In this document: positions 51,548 through 60,441 of the stretch, in pieces
Position numbering within the stretch: position 1 is the first letter of the stretch
Layout: each line of letters begins with the position of its first letter
Source of the DNA: Candidatus Omnitrophota bacterium
Lineage (GTDB): Bacteria; Omnitrophota; Gorgyraeia; Tantalellales; Tantalellaceae
Reading direction: 5' to 3'
Length of the DNA: 64,000 bases
NCBI GenBank assembly: GCA_015231405.1
Contig: JADGBR010000001.1
Coordinates: 5,859 to 69,858 of the forward strand
Program-made: the position numbers and the translations under genes
Notes under the pieces: generated by a model
The model's database searches: none
Told to the model about the DNA's origin: nothing
Seen by the model: only the letters and a program-made list of their open reading frames with translations

Positions 51548-52051
51548 GTGGGCAATCACGTTCATAGGCTGAAAATACAGAATGACATTAATACCGACTA
51601 TGTCATTTCCGGAAGATATAAGTTCAAGATACAGGACGAAAAAGAACTGGCAAAATATATTTTCGAGGATCTTGATCCTGGTTTTGCCAAAAAGATAAAG
51701 GCCGGGGATTTTCTCGTCTCCGGTGATAATTTCGGCTGCGGTTCTTCCCGCGAACAGGCTCCCGTAGCCCTTAAAGCCAGCGGGATACAGGCTGTTCTAG
51801 CCAAGAGCTTCTCCAGGATATTCTACCGCAACGCATTTAACGTAGGACTCTGCCTTATCGAATGTGAAACAAGGTTCATAGACGACATGGACGAGATCGA
51901 GATCGACCTCAAAAGGAACGTCGTTAAGAACATAACCAAAGGGCTTAATATCGAGATCAAACCCGTACCGAAAATAATGATGGATTTTTTGTCCGTAGGC
52001 GGGGCCATCGAGTATTTCAAAAAAGAAAAAGGATTCGGTAAGTTCAATTGA
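51548..52051 (+). CDS. leuD: 3-isopropylmalate dehydratase small subunit
   Basis: GDNFGCGSSREQAP...NAFNVGL swivel-domain signature; GTG start. Confidence 0.85.
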   Translation: MGNHVHRLKIQNDINTDYVISGRYKFKIQDEKELAKYIFEDLDPGFAKKIKAGDFLVSGDNFGCGSSREQAPVALKASGIQAVLAKSFSRIFYRNAFNVGLCLIECETRFIDDMDEIEIDLKRNVVKNITKGLNIEIKPVPKIMMDFLSVGGAIEYFKKEKGFGKFN

Positions 52052-52719
52052 GCATAGAAATATTGGATCTCGGGTTAGTTGGATATGAGGAATTCCTTGT
52101 TTTCCAGAATGAACTTCTCGGGAAAAGGGCCAGAGGCGAGGCGGGCGATACTCTCATCATTGCCGAACATTTTCCGGTGGTAACGCTCGGCAGGTTATCC
52201 GCCGGTGAGTGGTGCCGCGATATAGGATATTTCAAGACGAAAAACATCGACATAATACAGACAAGCCGCGGGGGGAAGAACACATGTCACAGTCCAGGTC
52301 AACTGTTGATATACCCCGTGATCGACCTTTCAAAGAAGCTGAAGGATATCGGCCATTATTTAAATTTTCTTGAAAATTCGCTTATCGGTGCTCTCCGTGA
52401 GCTCGGGATAGACGCCAGGATTAACGGGACAAGGCGCGGCGTCTGGGTGGGTCCGAAGAAGATCGCTTTCATAGGCGTAGCCGTAAAGAGCTGGATCACT
52501 TTTCACGGCGCGAGCGTGAACATCAATAATGATCTTGAGCCTTTTTCGCTCATGGATCCCTGCGGCGAGCAAGATATCAAAGTCACCTCGGCGAGGGAAA
52601 TCCTTGGGAAAGAGCTTGATATGCCGATGGTAAAAAAACTTTTCGCCCGGAGGTTCATAGTTGATATACAGCAATACATTGGAAATATGGGAACACCATT
52701 GGGGGCGGTTCATGTATAA
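52048..52719 (+). CDS. lipB: octanoyltransferase (lipoyl(octanoyl) transferase)
   Basis: LipB signature GGKNTCHSPGQLLIYPVIDL and PCG near the C-terminus. Confidence 0.8.
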   Translation: MSIEILDLGLVGYEEFLVFQNELLGKRARGEAGDTLIIAEHFPVVTLGRLSAGEWCRDIGYFKTKNIDIIQTSRGGKNTCHSPGQLLIYPVIDLSKKLKDIGHYLNFLENSLIGALRELGIDARINGTRRGVWVGPKKIAFIGVAVKSWITFHGASVNINNDLEPFSLMDPCGEQDIKVTSAREILGKELDMPMVKKLFARRFIVDIQQYIGNMGTPLGAVHV

Positions 52720-52951
52720 GGTCATTATGCCTGAAATTTCCGACGGTGATGACGATATTACCCTTGTCGGATGGCTCGTGTCGGAATCGGATATCGTAAA
52801 AGAGGGCGACGACATGGCCGAGCTTGTTACCGATAAAGCTTCTTTTGACCTCCCCTCGCCGAAAAGCGGGAAAGTAGTGACCCTAGTGAAAAAGCCGGGG
52901 GATAAGGTCATGGCCGGCGATATTATGGCGGAAATGATCCTGGGAGAATGA
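52712..52951 (+). CDS. stand-alone lipoyl-domain protein (79 aa)
   Basis: VIMPEISDGDDDITLVGWLV...AELVTDKASFDLPSP...GKVVTLVKKPGDKV fits the lipoyl-domain pattern with the TDKA lipoyl-lysine; ATG overlaps the lipB stop. Confidence 0.6.
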   Translation: MYKVIMPEISDGDDDITLVGWLVSESDIVKEGDDMAELVTDKASFDLPSPKSGKVVTLVKKPGDKVMAGDIMAEMILGE

Positions 52952-52973
52952 ACGCCCGACTGGAGTAAATGCG

Positions 52974-54110
52974 ATGAGCGAACTTGGCGGCATGAAAAGG
53001 GTCCTTATCTTTTACGTATCCAGGAATTCCGGGCATTATAACGCGGCAAAGTCGATCGAGAAAGCTATTCTGGGTTTCGGGAAAGGCATTGAGATAAGGA
53101 CGGTAAACGCCCTTGATTACGCTAATCCGATACTCGGGAAAATTCTCGCGAAAGCTTACGCGGAAATATTGAAAAAAAGGCCCCAGTTTTGGGGGAATAT
53201 TTACGATAATCCCGTCGTTCTTGAGAAGACGCGTAAGACAAGGGAGCGGTTCGCGAAACGTGGATTCCCGAAAATTCAGAAACTGGTAGGGTCTTTCAAA
53301 CCTGGTGCAGTGGTATGTACTCAGGCTTATCCCTCAGGTTTGATGGCTTATTATAAAAGGAGATCTGGCGATAAGATACCTCTTATCGCTGTTCTCACTG
53401 ACCATGCGCCGCATTCGTACTGGATCTTCCCCGAGACGGATATTTATGTCGTCCCTTCGGATGACACCGCCGCGATGATGGTGAAAAAAGGCGTGCCGAG
53501 GGAAAAAATACGGGTGTTGGGGATACCTGTAGACAACAAGTTCCAGAACAGTCATGACAGATCCCTTTTGCGTGACAGGTTCGCGCTTTATCCCGGGAAA
53601 AGGACTGTGCTCATAATGGGCGGCAACCAGGGGCTGGGCGCACTCGAGGAAATTGTGGACGCCTTTCAGGGACGCGGAGGCCTAAATTATCAGCTCATGG
53701 TCGTAGCGGGAAGGAACAAGAGACTTTACAGGCGTATAAAGAACAGGTATATGAAGGGGAACGGCGGGAATATAAAACTATATCCCTACTCAGAGAACAT
53801 CGACGAGATGATGGAAGCGTCCGACGCGATAATAACAAAGGCCGGCGGGATAACTACCGCCGAAGCTTTGGCTAAAGGGGTACCCATATTTATTGTCGAC
53901 CCTATCCCGGGACAGGAGCGGATGAACACCGACTTTCTTGTGAAAGAGGGGGCGGCGGTCGAAATAAAGAATAAAGAAGCTCTTATAGAAGCCGTGAACT
54001 CGCTTTTTGACACAAAAGGGGCGCTTGAAAAAATGGCCGCGAATTCAAAAAGAATATCGAAGGCAGACAGTTCTACTCGAGTCGCGGAACTGGTAATAAG
54101 GGGTTGTTGA
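52974..54110 (+). CDS. GT28-family diacylglycerol glycosyltransferase (MGDG synthase/UgtP-like)
   Basis: N-terminal VLIFYVSRNSGHYNAAKSIEKA and C-terminal GT-B fold layout typical of the MGDG synthase family. Confidence 0.6.
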   Translation: MSELGGMKRVLIFYVSRNSGHYNAAKSIEKAILGFGKGIEIRTVNALDYANPILGKILAKAYAEILKKRPQFWGNIYDNPVVLEKTRKTRERFAKRGFPKIQKLVGSFKPGAVVCTQAYPSGLMAYYKRRSGDKIPLIAVLTDHAPHSYWIFPETDIYVVPSDDTAAMMVKKGVPREKIRVLGIPVDNKFQNSHDRSLLRDRFALYPGKRTVLIMGGNQGLGALEEIVDAFQGRGGLNYQLMVVAGRNKRLYRRIKNRYMKGNGGNIKLYPYSENIDEMMEASDAIITKAGGITTAEALAKGVPIFIVDPIPGQERMNTDFLVKEGAAVEIKNKEALIEAVNSLFDTKGALEKMAANSKRISKADSSTRVAELVIRGC

Positions 54111-54967
54111 TGCTGTATCCGATCTATCGTTGCGGTTATGCTCTGGCAAAAAATCTGCCGCTCCGTGTTTCCTATCGTATAGCCGAGATTGTCGCCTTGG
54201 TGTACTTCCACTTTTCCCGGAAGGACAGGAAGATCCTCAGCGATAATCTGAAAGGGATACTCGGTGTGAACGCCGGAAAAAAAGAGATCGACGCGCATAC
54301 TCTGGGCATACTCAAGAATTTCGCGAAATATCTGGTTGATTTCTTCAGGTCCGCCGGTCTTTCAAAGGAAGATATACTGAAACCAGTGACCGTGAAGAAC
54401 AGGCAATATCTTGACGAGGCGCTTTCTCTCGGGAAAGGTGTCATAGTGTTGACCGCCCATCTGGGCAATTGGGAACTGGGCGCCGCGGCCGTAGCGGCGA
54501 TGGGGTATCCGATAAGCGCCATAGTGCTTAATCACTCGGACCAGAGAATAAATACTTTATTTTCCGGCAACCGTGCAATTAACGACGTGAAGAATATACC
54601 GATAGGCGTAGCTGTGAGGGGCTGCTACAGGGTCCTCCGGCAGAATGAGGTGCTGGCTATCGCGGGCGACAGAGATTATACCGGGGGCGGCATGGAGATC
54701 GAATTCTTCGGGAAGAAGACCCTGATGCCTAAAGGCGCCGCTCAGCTTGCTTTGAGGACAGGAGCCTCGATAGTCGGCGGGTTCCTCATACGCCAGCCCG
54801 GAGACACTTTTGTGCTTGAGTTCCTTGAGCCGATAAGTTTTGAGGGTACTGACGATATGGATAAAGACCTGGACGATCTTATGAAAAAGTGCGTGTCGGT
54901 CCTCGAGGATTATGTGAAGAAATACGTCGACCAGTGGTATGTGTTTGACAGGATCTGGGCGGAGTGA
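54104..54967 (+). CDS. lysophospholipid/lipid A-type acyltransferase (LpxL/HtrB family)
   Basis: N-terminal TM, LTAHLGNWELG (Hx4E/D acyltransferase motif); overlaps upstream gene by 7 nt. Confidence 0.6.
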   Translation: MLMLYPIYRCGYALAKNLPLRVSYRIAEIVALVYFHFSRKDRKILSDNLKGILGVNAGKKEIDAHTLGILKNFAKYLVDFFRSAGLSKEDILKPVTVKNRQYLDEALSLGKGVIVLTAHLGNWELGAAAVAAMGYPISAIVLNHSDQRINTLFSGNRAINDVKNIPIGVAVRGCYRVLRQNEVLAIAGDRDYTGGGMEIEFFGKKTLMPKGAAQLALRTGASIVGGFLIRQPGDTFVLEFLEPISFEGTDDMDKDLDDLMKKCVSVLEDYVKKYVDQWYVFDRIWAE

Positions 54968-54988
54968 GGTGCGTAAAGATATATATGT

Positions 54989-55044
54989 GCTTCGTGGTTC
55001 GGGATTCGTGGTTCGCGAGGAAAAAGCTGATAGCTGAAAGGTGA
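54989..55044. repeat. degenerate heptamer array (GCTTCGT GGTTCGG GATTCGT GGTTCGC GAGGAAA AAGCTGA TAGCTGA AAGGTGA)
   Basis: Contains both the GTGGTTCG and AGCTGATAGCTGAAAG words seen elsewhere. Confidence 0.7.
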
Positions 55045-55047
55045 GAT

Positions 55048-55740
55048 ATGAAAGATACTTTAAAAAAAACGATCGCGCTGATACCGTCTTATAACGAGGC
55101 CAGGGCTATTGGGGATGTTGTCAGAGAACTCGTCAATATGGGCGTTACCGCGCTTGTAATAGACGACGGGTCACAGGACGACACGGAAAAGATAGCGCGC
55201 GATAACGGCGCTATCGTCCTTAAGAATAAGCAGAATATGGGGAAAGGGAGATCTGTCCGCGAAGGATTGAACTACGCCATAGCGAGACCGGAGCATGAAT
55301 GGGCGGTATTGATGGACGGCGACGGCCAGCATCATCCCGGCGATATCCCGGGTCTTATCGAGGCCGCTGTCAGGGAGAACGCCGATATGGTCCTCGGTAA
55401 CCGTATGGCCCAAACAAATAATATGCCGATCGTAAGGCTCCTGACCAACAAGTTCACATCATTCGTCGTATCATCACTCGCCGGGCATAAGATACACGAT
55501 TCACAGTGCGGTTTCAGGCTCATAAGGGTCAGCGCTTTTAAGTATGTCGAGCTTATCGCGGATAAATACGACATTGAGTCCGAGATGATAATAGAAGCGG
55601 CCAGAAAGAAAATGAAGATAGTATCAGCTCCCGTAAGGACCATATACGGCGACGAAGTTTCAAAGATACATCCGTTCAAGGATACGATCAGGTTCATCAA
55701 GCTTGTACAGAGGTATAGGCGGGCGAAGAAGGGTAGATAG
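55048..55740 (+). CDS. family 2 glycosyltransferase (polyprenyl-phosphate sugar transferase-like)
   Basis: IPSYNE...DDGSQDDT...DGD motifs of GT2 (DPM1/ArnC-like). Confidence 0.75.
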   Translation: MKDTLKKTIALIPSYNEARAIGDVVRELVNMGVTALVIDDGSQDDTEKIARDNGAIVLKNKQNMGKGRSVREGLNYAIARPEHEWAVLMDGDGQHHPGDIPGLIEAAVRENADMVLGNRMAQTNNMPIVRLLTNKFTSFVVSSLAGHKIHDSQCGFRLIRVSAFKYVELIADKYDIESEMIIEAARKKMKIVSAPVRTIYGDEVSKIHPFKDTIRFIKLVQRYRRAKKGR

Positions 55741-55923
55741 GGGATCCACATGGAGTCATCCCGGACGCGAGCCTCGCGAGCGAGCCGGGATCACATGAAA
55801 ATAATATTTTTATTTGATCCCCGCTTTCGCGGGGATGACAGTTTATACTTTGATGTTTAAATAGTTGTTAACAAAACCGGTAGATTGTACTATAATCGAA
55901 CAAACGAATAACAGGAGGACGAT

Positions 55924-56427
55924 ATGATAGCCTATTTGTTGATAATGCTCGGACTTGTTATGAGAGTGATGCCGCACGCGCCGAATTTCACTCCGGTCGT
56001 GGCCATAGCGCTTTTCGCCGGGGTCTACCTCAACAAGAAAGTAGTCCCGTGGGTGCCGTTAGCCATAATGGCAGTGAGCGACCTTATTATCGGCATGCAT
56101 GATGTAGTTCTTTTTACATGGGGGGCCTTCCTTCTTATAGGTTTTCTCGGGATGTGGCTTAGTAAGCATAAGAGCCCTTCCAGTGTACTCATCTCCGGCA
56201 TAATGTCAGCCGTGATCTTCTTTATCATATCGAATTTCGGCGTATGGCTCGTATGGTATCCTCTTAGTATCGAGGGATTTGTGACATGTTACGTTAAAGC
56301 TATACCTTTTATGAGGGACACACTTACGAGCACCCTGGTATATTCCGCGGTATTATTCGGCTTATACGAGGCGGCGAGGAAGTTCGTCGGGAAAACGAGA
56401 TATAGTTCCGTTCTTTTAGCGAATTAA
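55924..56427 (+). CDS. small integral membrane protein (5 predicted TM), possibly ECF-type S component-like
   Basis: Hydrophobicity pattern only; family assignment tentative. Confidence 0.35.
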   Translation: MIAYLLIMLGLVMRVMPHAPNFTPVVAIALFAGVYLNKKVVPWVPLAIMAVSDLIIGMHDVVLFTWGAFLLIGFLGMWLSKHKSPSSVLISGIMSAVIFFIISNFGVWLVWYPLSIEGFVTCYVKAIPFMRDTLTSTLVYSAVLFGLYEAARKFVGKTRYSSVLLAN

Positions 56428-56439
56428 GCAGATAGCTAG

Positions 56440-56640
56440 TACACACAGGCGATCGAAAGATCTTAATAGGGAAGTCCGTTAGATCCGGACACGGTCCCGC
56501 CGCTGTTACCGGGGACGAAAGCCCGCTAGTCGATTTATGACTAAAGAGGCCACTATCCGAAAGGATGGGAAGGCCGGGGCAAGTAGAATGATCCGGAAGT
56601 CAGAAGACCTGCCTGGTGTGACAATAGATGTACGGGTCGT
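56440..56640 (+). promoter_or_regulatory. cobalamin (B12) riboswitch aptamer
   Basis: AATAGGGAAGTCCG...GATCCGG...GGTCCCGCCGCTGTTACCGGGGA...GCCACT... and B12 box AGTCAGAAGACCTGCC at 56598..56613, matching the RF00174 consensus. Confidence 0.8.
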
Positions 56641-56688
56641 GTGAAACCCGTATCTATCGAGTTAGTGAGGGTAATAAAAACGGATTAT

Positions 56689-56727
56689 CCCCTGGTATCT
56701 TAAATTGGTGCCAGGGGATTTTTTTTA
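56689..56727 (+). terminator. riboswitch expression-platform terminator
   Basis: CCCCTGG / CCAGGGG stem followed by ATTTTTTTT; sits between aptamer and receptor start. Confidence 0.7.
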
Positions 56728-56761
56728 CCCGGCTTATGCGGACAAAATTAAAGGAGAAGAG

Positions 56762-58921
56762 ATGAAAAAGACGTCGTTATTTTTGATCGGGATGCTAACC
56801 TTTTCGGCCACAGCTTTCGCGGGGACAGACTCAGCGAACAAGTTCCGGGTAACGGATATACTCAAAACCCCGGCCAAAGCTATCTTAGCTCCGGTTAACG
56901 GCGGCGGCCTCGTCGATCTTGTCCTAAAACCCACGGACCTCCTCTTCGCCCCGGTGATCGACTTAGGCGAAGTAGTTGTGACCCCGTCCCGGACGCCCGA
57001 GTATACGTATAATGTTAACAAAAATGTTACGGTAATTAATAACGACGACATCCGTAACGCTAAACCAAGATATTTGCAGGATGTGCTTGCCAGGGAAAAT
57101 AATGTCGTAATGAATGGGCTTCTTAATAACGCCAAGGATAATAAGCTGGACCTCAGGGGGTTTGGGGACTCGGCTAATATGAATTATCTTGTGCTCGTGG
57201 ACGGAAGGAGAACTAATCAGATAGATCTTTCCGGGCCGGATCTCGCGCAGGTGGACGTGAATTCCATCGACAGGATCGAGATAACGCGTGGTCCCGGCAC
57301 TGTCCTTTACGGGGATAACGCGACCGGCGGGGTTATCAACATAATCACTAAAAAACACGTTGACGGGCATCATATTGAATATTCTCAGGAGATAGGGAGT
57401 TACAAATATTTCAAGGAGTACGTCTCGGCCAGCGGCCGTGAAGAGTTCATGGATTACTATGTCAGTTATTCGCCTCAAAGCTCACGGGGTTACAGACTTA
57501 ACAGTTCCTATAAAGCTGACGATATATGTTCGAATATGACAATTAGACCCGCGGAGTATTTTAATATGGGCCTTTCTTCGGGTTTCCACAGGGACTGGTA
57601 CGGTCAGCCAGGGGCTCTTTACGATGGCAATATCCAGAGCGACGGCAGGGACGGGACGCGTTTTCCCGATTCCAAGGCCAAAGCTGAAGATCAGTATTTT
57701 ACGGTTGATCCTCAATTGATGGGGGAGATAAACGAACATGAGATCGTGCTGTCTTCGCTTATGTCATACAGGTTGCGGCGCGCCTCGTCACGTGATGTGA
57801 GCTTCAACGTTTATGAGACGGGGCATAATATCAGCTCTTACGATCTAAAGCCGAAGTGCGAGATCAATTCGAGCTTTCTGGATGATAGTGTCGAGAATAA
57901 GCTTGTGGCCGGCACTGATTATTTTTACGCAGGGGATCTGGCATCTTCCGGCGACGTAGCGTTCACCAAATCCGAACTCAAAGCGGAAAAGAGGACTTTC
58001 GGTGTATATGCCTCTGATAATGTAATGATCAATAGAAGGTTGATCCTTAACGGCGGGGCCCGCGTCGAATGGGCCGGTTATTCATTTGACCAGTCAAAGC
58101 CCGCTCCCGGGCTTAACGAGCGCAAACTCCAGGATGCTGCTTTCGAGGCCGGGATCGGGTATAAATATAACGAAAAGTCCCAGATATACTTTGACTCATC
58201 GAGGTCATACAGGTTTCCTGGTACTGACGAGTATTTCCAGTCGGCCTACGAGTCTTTCGACTGGTGGACGTTCACGACAAGGGTGTTCCCCTCAACGTTG
58301 AACACCGATCTCGAACAACAGACCGGCAATAATTACGAGTTGGGGATAAAGGACCATTCGTTCGAGTTTTTCAGGTTGAACGCGGATTATTATCTGATGA
58401 ATATCAGAAATGAAATACTGCTCGATCCGTATACTCCCGAAAATCCCGTTAACGATAAGAACGTTAATTATCCTCGCACTACTCACCATGGCCTGGAATT
58501 TGACGCAAAGATAGATATTTTCGATAAGGCAACCCCCTTTGTGAAGTACACCTACGAGAAAGCGTTCTTTGTCGGCGGTAAATACGCATCAAAGACAATC
58601 CCGCTGGTTCCGGAGAACAAGATAGTAACGGGAGTGGATATTGCACCCGTTGACGGTTTGGACCTGTCATATACGGTCAACTTTCTCGGATCACGTTATG
58701 CCGCGAATGATATGACAAATACGGCGTCCAGGATAAAATCCCATGTGACAAGCGACATATCGGCTTCATATGAGTATTCCAACGTCAGGATCTTCGGCGC
58801 GATCAGGAATATCTTGAACCAAAAATATCTGACCAACGCTACAAAGAACTTCGCCGGCAATATAGCGTTCTATCCCGCTCCCGGGATCAATTTCGAATGC
58901 GGTATAAGTGTAGTATTTTGA
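56762..58921 (+). CDS. TonB-dependent outer-membrane receptor (BtuB-like)
   Basis: AAAGGAGAAGAG RBS before ATG 56762, signal peptide, plug motif IDRIEITRGPGTVLYGDNATGGVINIITK, C-terminal aromatic residue (F). Confidence 0.85.
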   Translation: MKKTSLFLIGMLTFSATAFAGTDSANKFRVTDILKTPAKAILAPVNGGGLVDLVLKPTDLLFAPVIDLGEVVVTPSRTPEYTYNVNKNVTVINNDDIRNAKPRYLQDVLARENNVVMNGLLNNAKDNKLDLRGFGDSANMNYLVLVDGRRTNQIDLSGPDLAQVDVNSIDRIEITRGPGTVLYGDNATGGVINIITKKHVDGHHIEYSQEIGSYKYFKEYVSASGREEFMDYYVSYSPQSSRGYRLNSSYKADDICSNMTIRPAEYFNMGLSSGFHRDWYGQPGALYDGNIQSDGRDGTRFPDSKAKAEDQYFTVDPQLMGEINEHEIVLSSLMSYRLRRASSRDVSFNVYETGHNISSYDLKPKCEINSSFLDDSVENKLVAGTDYFYAGDLASSGDVAFTKSELKAEKRTFGVYASDNVMINRRLILNGGARVEWAGYSFDQSKPAPGLNERKLQDAAFEAGIGYKYNEKSQIYFDSSRSYRFPGTDEYFQSAYESFDWWTFTTRVFPSTLNTDLEQQTGNNYELGIKDHSFEFFRLNADYYLMNIRNEILLDPYTPENPVNDKNVNYPRTTHHGLEFDAKIDIFDKATPFVKYTYEKAFFVGGKYASKTIPLVPENKIVTGVDIAPVDGLDLSYTVNFLGSRYAANDMTNTASRIKSHVTSDISASYEYSNVRIFGAIRNILNQKYLTNATKNFAGNIAFYPAPGINFECGISVVF

Positions 58922-59256
58922 TGAAATAACTGGTTCATTGGGTCGCTTCAAAAAGTATGATCGAATTAAATTGACCACTGTTGTTAATGAAAAGCAAGGT
59001 CAAAGTTCGTCCGAAAAAATCCACACCATCGGTAAAAATTCCATTCTTTTCCTATCGCCTATCTCTGATTGTCATGCTGTGTCACGGTTTAGGATACATG
59101 GCACTTTAGAATGCATAACTCATGTATTTACCGATAATTACGAGCTATTACCCCCTGAGAATGTGTCTTATCGGCGCATTGGCACGTTATGTGCTTAATT
59201 AGATAAGTGTAAGCGCCGGAGTTATTTTGGATCGTTAATAATGGAGGAGGCACAAT

Positions 59257-60183
59257 ATGAAGAATAGATTTTTCAGGATTGGGATGTTGGTTATGCTATT
59301 TGGCTTTATAGTATCTTGCAGCCAGCAGGCATACGCTATCGTGGTTGACGGCGACTTAAGCGACTGGGGAGTTACTGCTTTTACGGATTGGACGCCGGAC
59401 CTCCCCGGCACATCATATTCGGTGGAAGACAATACATACCGTCCATGGACGGATTTTGACTGGGAGCCGCTTGATATTGAAGCAATGTACATCAATGATT
59501 GTAAAACATATATTAATTTTGCCGTTGTATCGTCGAACCCTTATAGCGGATTGGTCACGCTTCACCCAACCCCGGGTAGTACGGGGACCTTTTATGATTA
59601 CGCGGAAGAGAGCCTGTTCCTTGATTTTAGCGGCCGAACAGTAGATCAACTGCTGATGGCGGGCGACTACAAATACGCCGCTGACGTAGCTATCCTTCCC
59701 CTTGATCAGCTTTCAATAAAGGGCGTTTATAAGGTCAATCAAGACCATATATACAAGCTGCCGAATGAAAATGGAGCGCCTTATACCTTTCCTGTCAGTG
59801 TCGCCATAGAGGTCGCCCCAGGAGGTAATGTAGAGTATGGTCCGTTCTACAACGCACTGGGATATCAAGAATATCTCGGTTCATTTGAGGTATACAACAA
59901 ATATCTCGGAAATATTGAGGCCGCCGCGCCGTCGTTTTGGCCAAACACATATGTATTGGAAGGCAGAATAGATAAGTCGATTTTTGTCGATGAAAATTTC
60001 GAATGCGGATCACAGGTAGAGGCATATTTTAGCAGGGTACAATGTCTCTCTGACTGGATCACGGTAAGAGACTCTATGGAAAGCCCCTGCTTAACCCAGG
60101 TTCCCGAACCGGTTACAATGTCGTTATTTGGGCTGGGTTTAGCAGGATTTGCCTGGATCAGAAAAAGAAAAATGGCAGCATAG
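59257..60183 (+). CDS. PEP-CTERM sorting-domain protein
   Basis: Signal peptide; C-terminus VPEPVTMSLFGLGLAGFAWIRKRK (PEP, TM helix, basic cluster). Confidence 0.75.
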   Translation: MKNRFFRIGMLVMLFGFIVSCSQQAYAIVVDGDLSDWGVTAFTDWTPDLPGTSYSVEDNTYRPWTDFDWEPLDIEAMYINDCKTYINFAVVSSNPYSGLVTLHPTPGSTGTFYDYAEESLFLDFSGRTVDQLLMAGDYKYAADVAILPLDQLSIKGVYKVNQDHIYKLPNENGAPYTFPVSVAIEVAPGGNVEYGPFYNALGYQEYLGSFEVYNKYLGNIEAAAPSFWPNTYVLEGRIDKSIFVDENFECGSQVEAYFSRVQCLSDWITVRDSMESPCLTQVPEPVTMSLFGLGLAGFAWIRKRKMAA

Positions 60184-60441
60184 ACGAAAGACCAAAAACA
60201 ATAGAACTATGTTGTTGCTAAGGGTAATATTTTGTTTTCAAAGAAAACAAATCGATTAGTAACCCTGTTCATCATAAAACAGACTGAATTTGTTTAATGT
60301 AAAGATGCGGTCTGGCCGTAATACCTTTCCTGTCCTATCATAAAGATCAAATGTCTTTAAAAAAAATAACTGACTCGTAATGTTCTGGACATCGTGTTCT
60401 CCGTTCAGTAGAATTAACCTTCATAGGCGGCACCAGTACTC

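Noticed and set aside
56705-56761. ORF-track start of the TonB-dependent receptor
   Set aside because: Lies inside the riboswitch terminator hairpin and lacks an RBS; the ATG at 56762 has a good RBS and begins the signal peptide.
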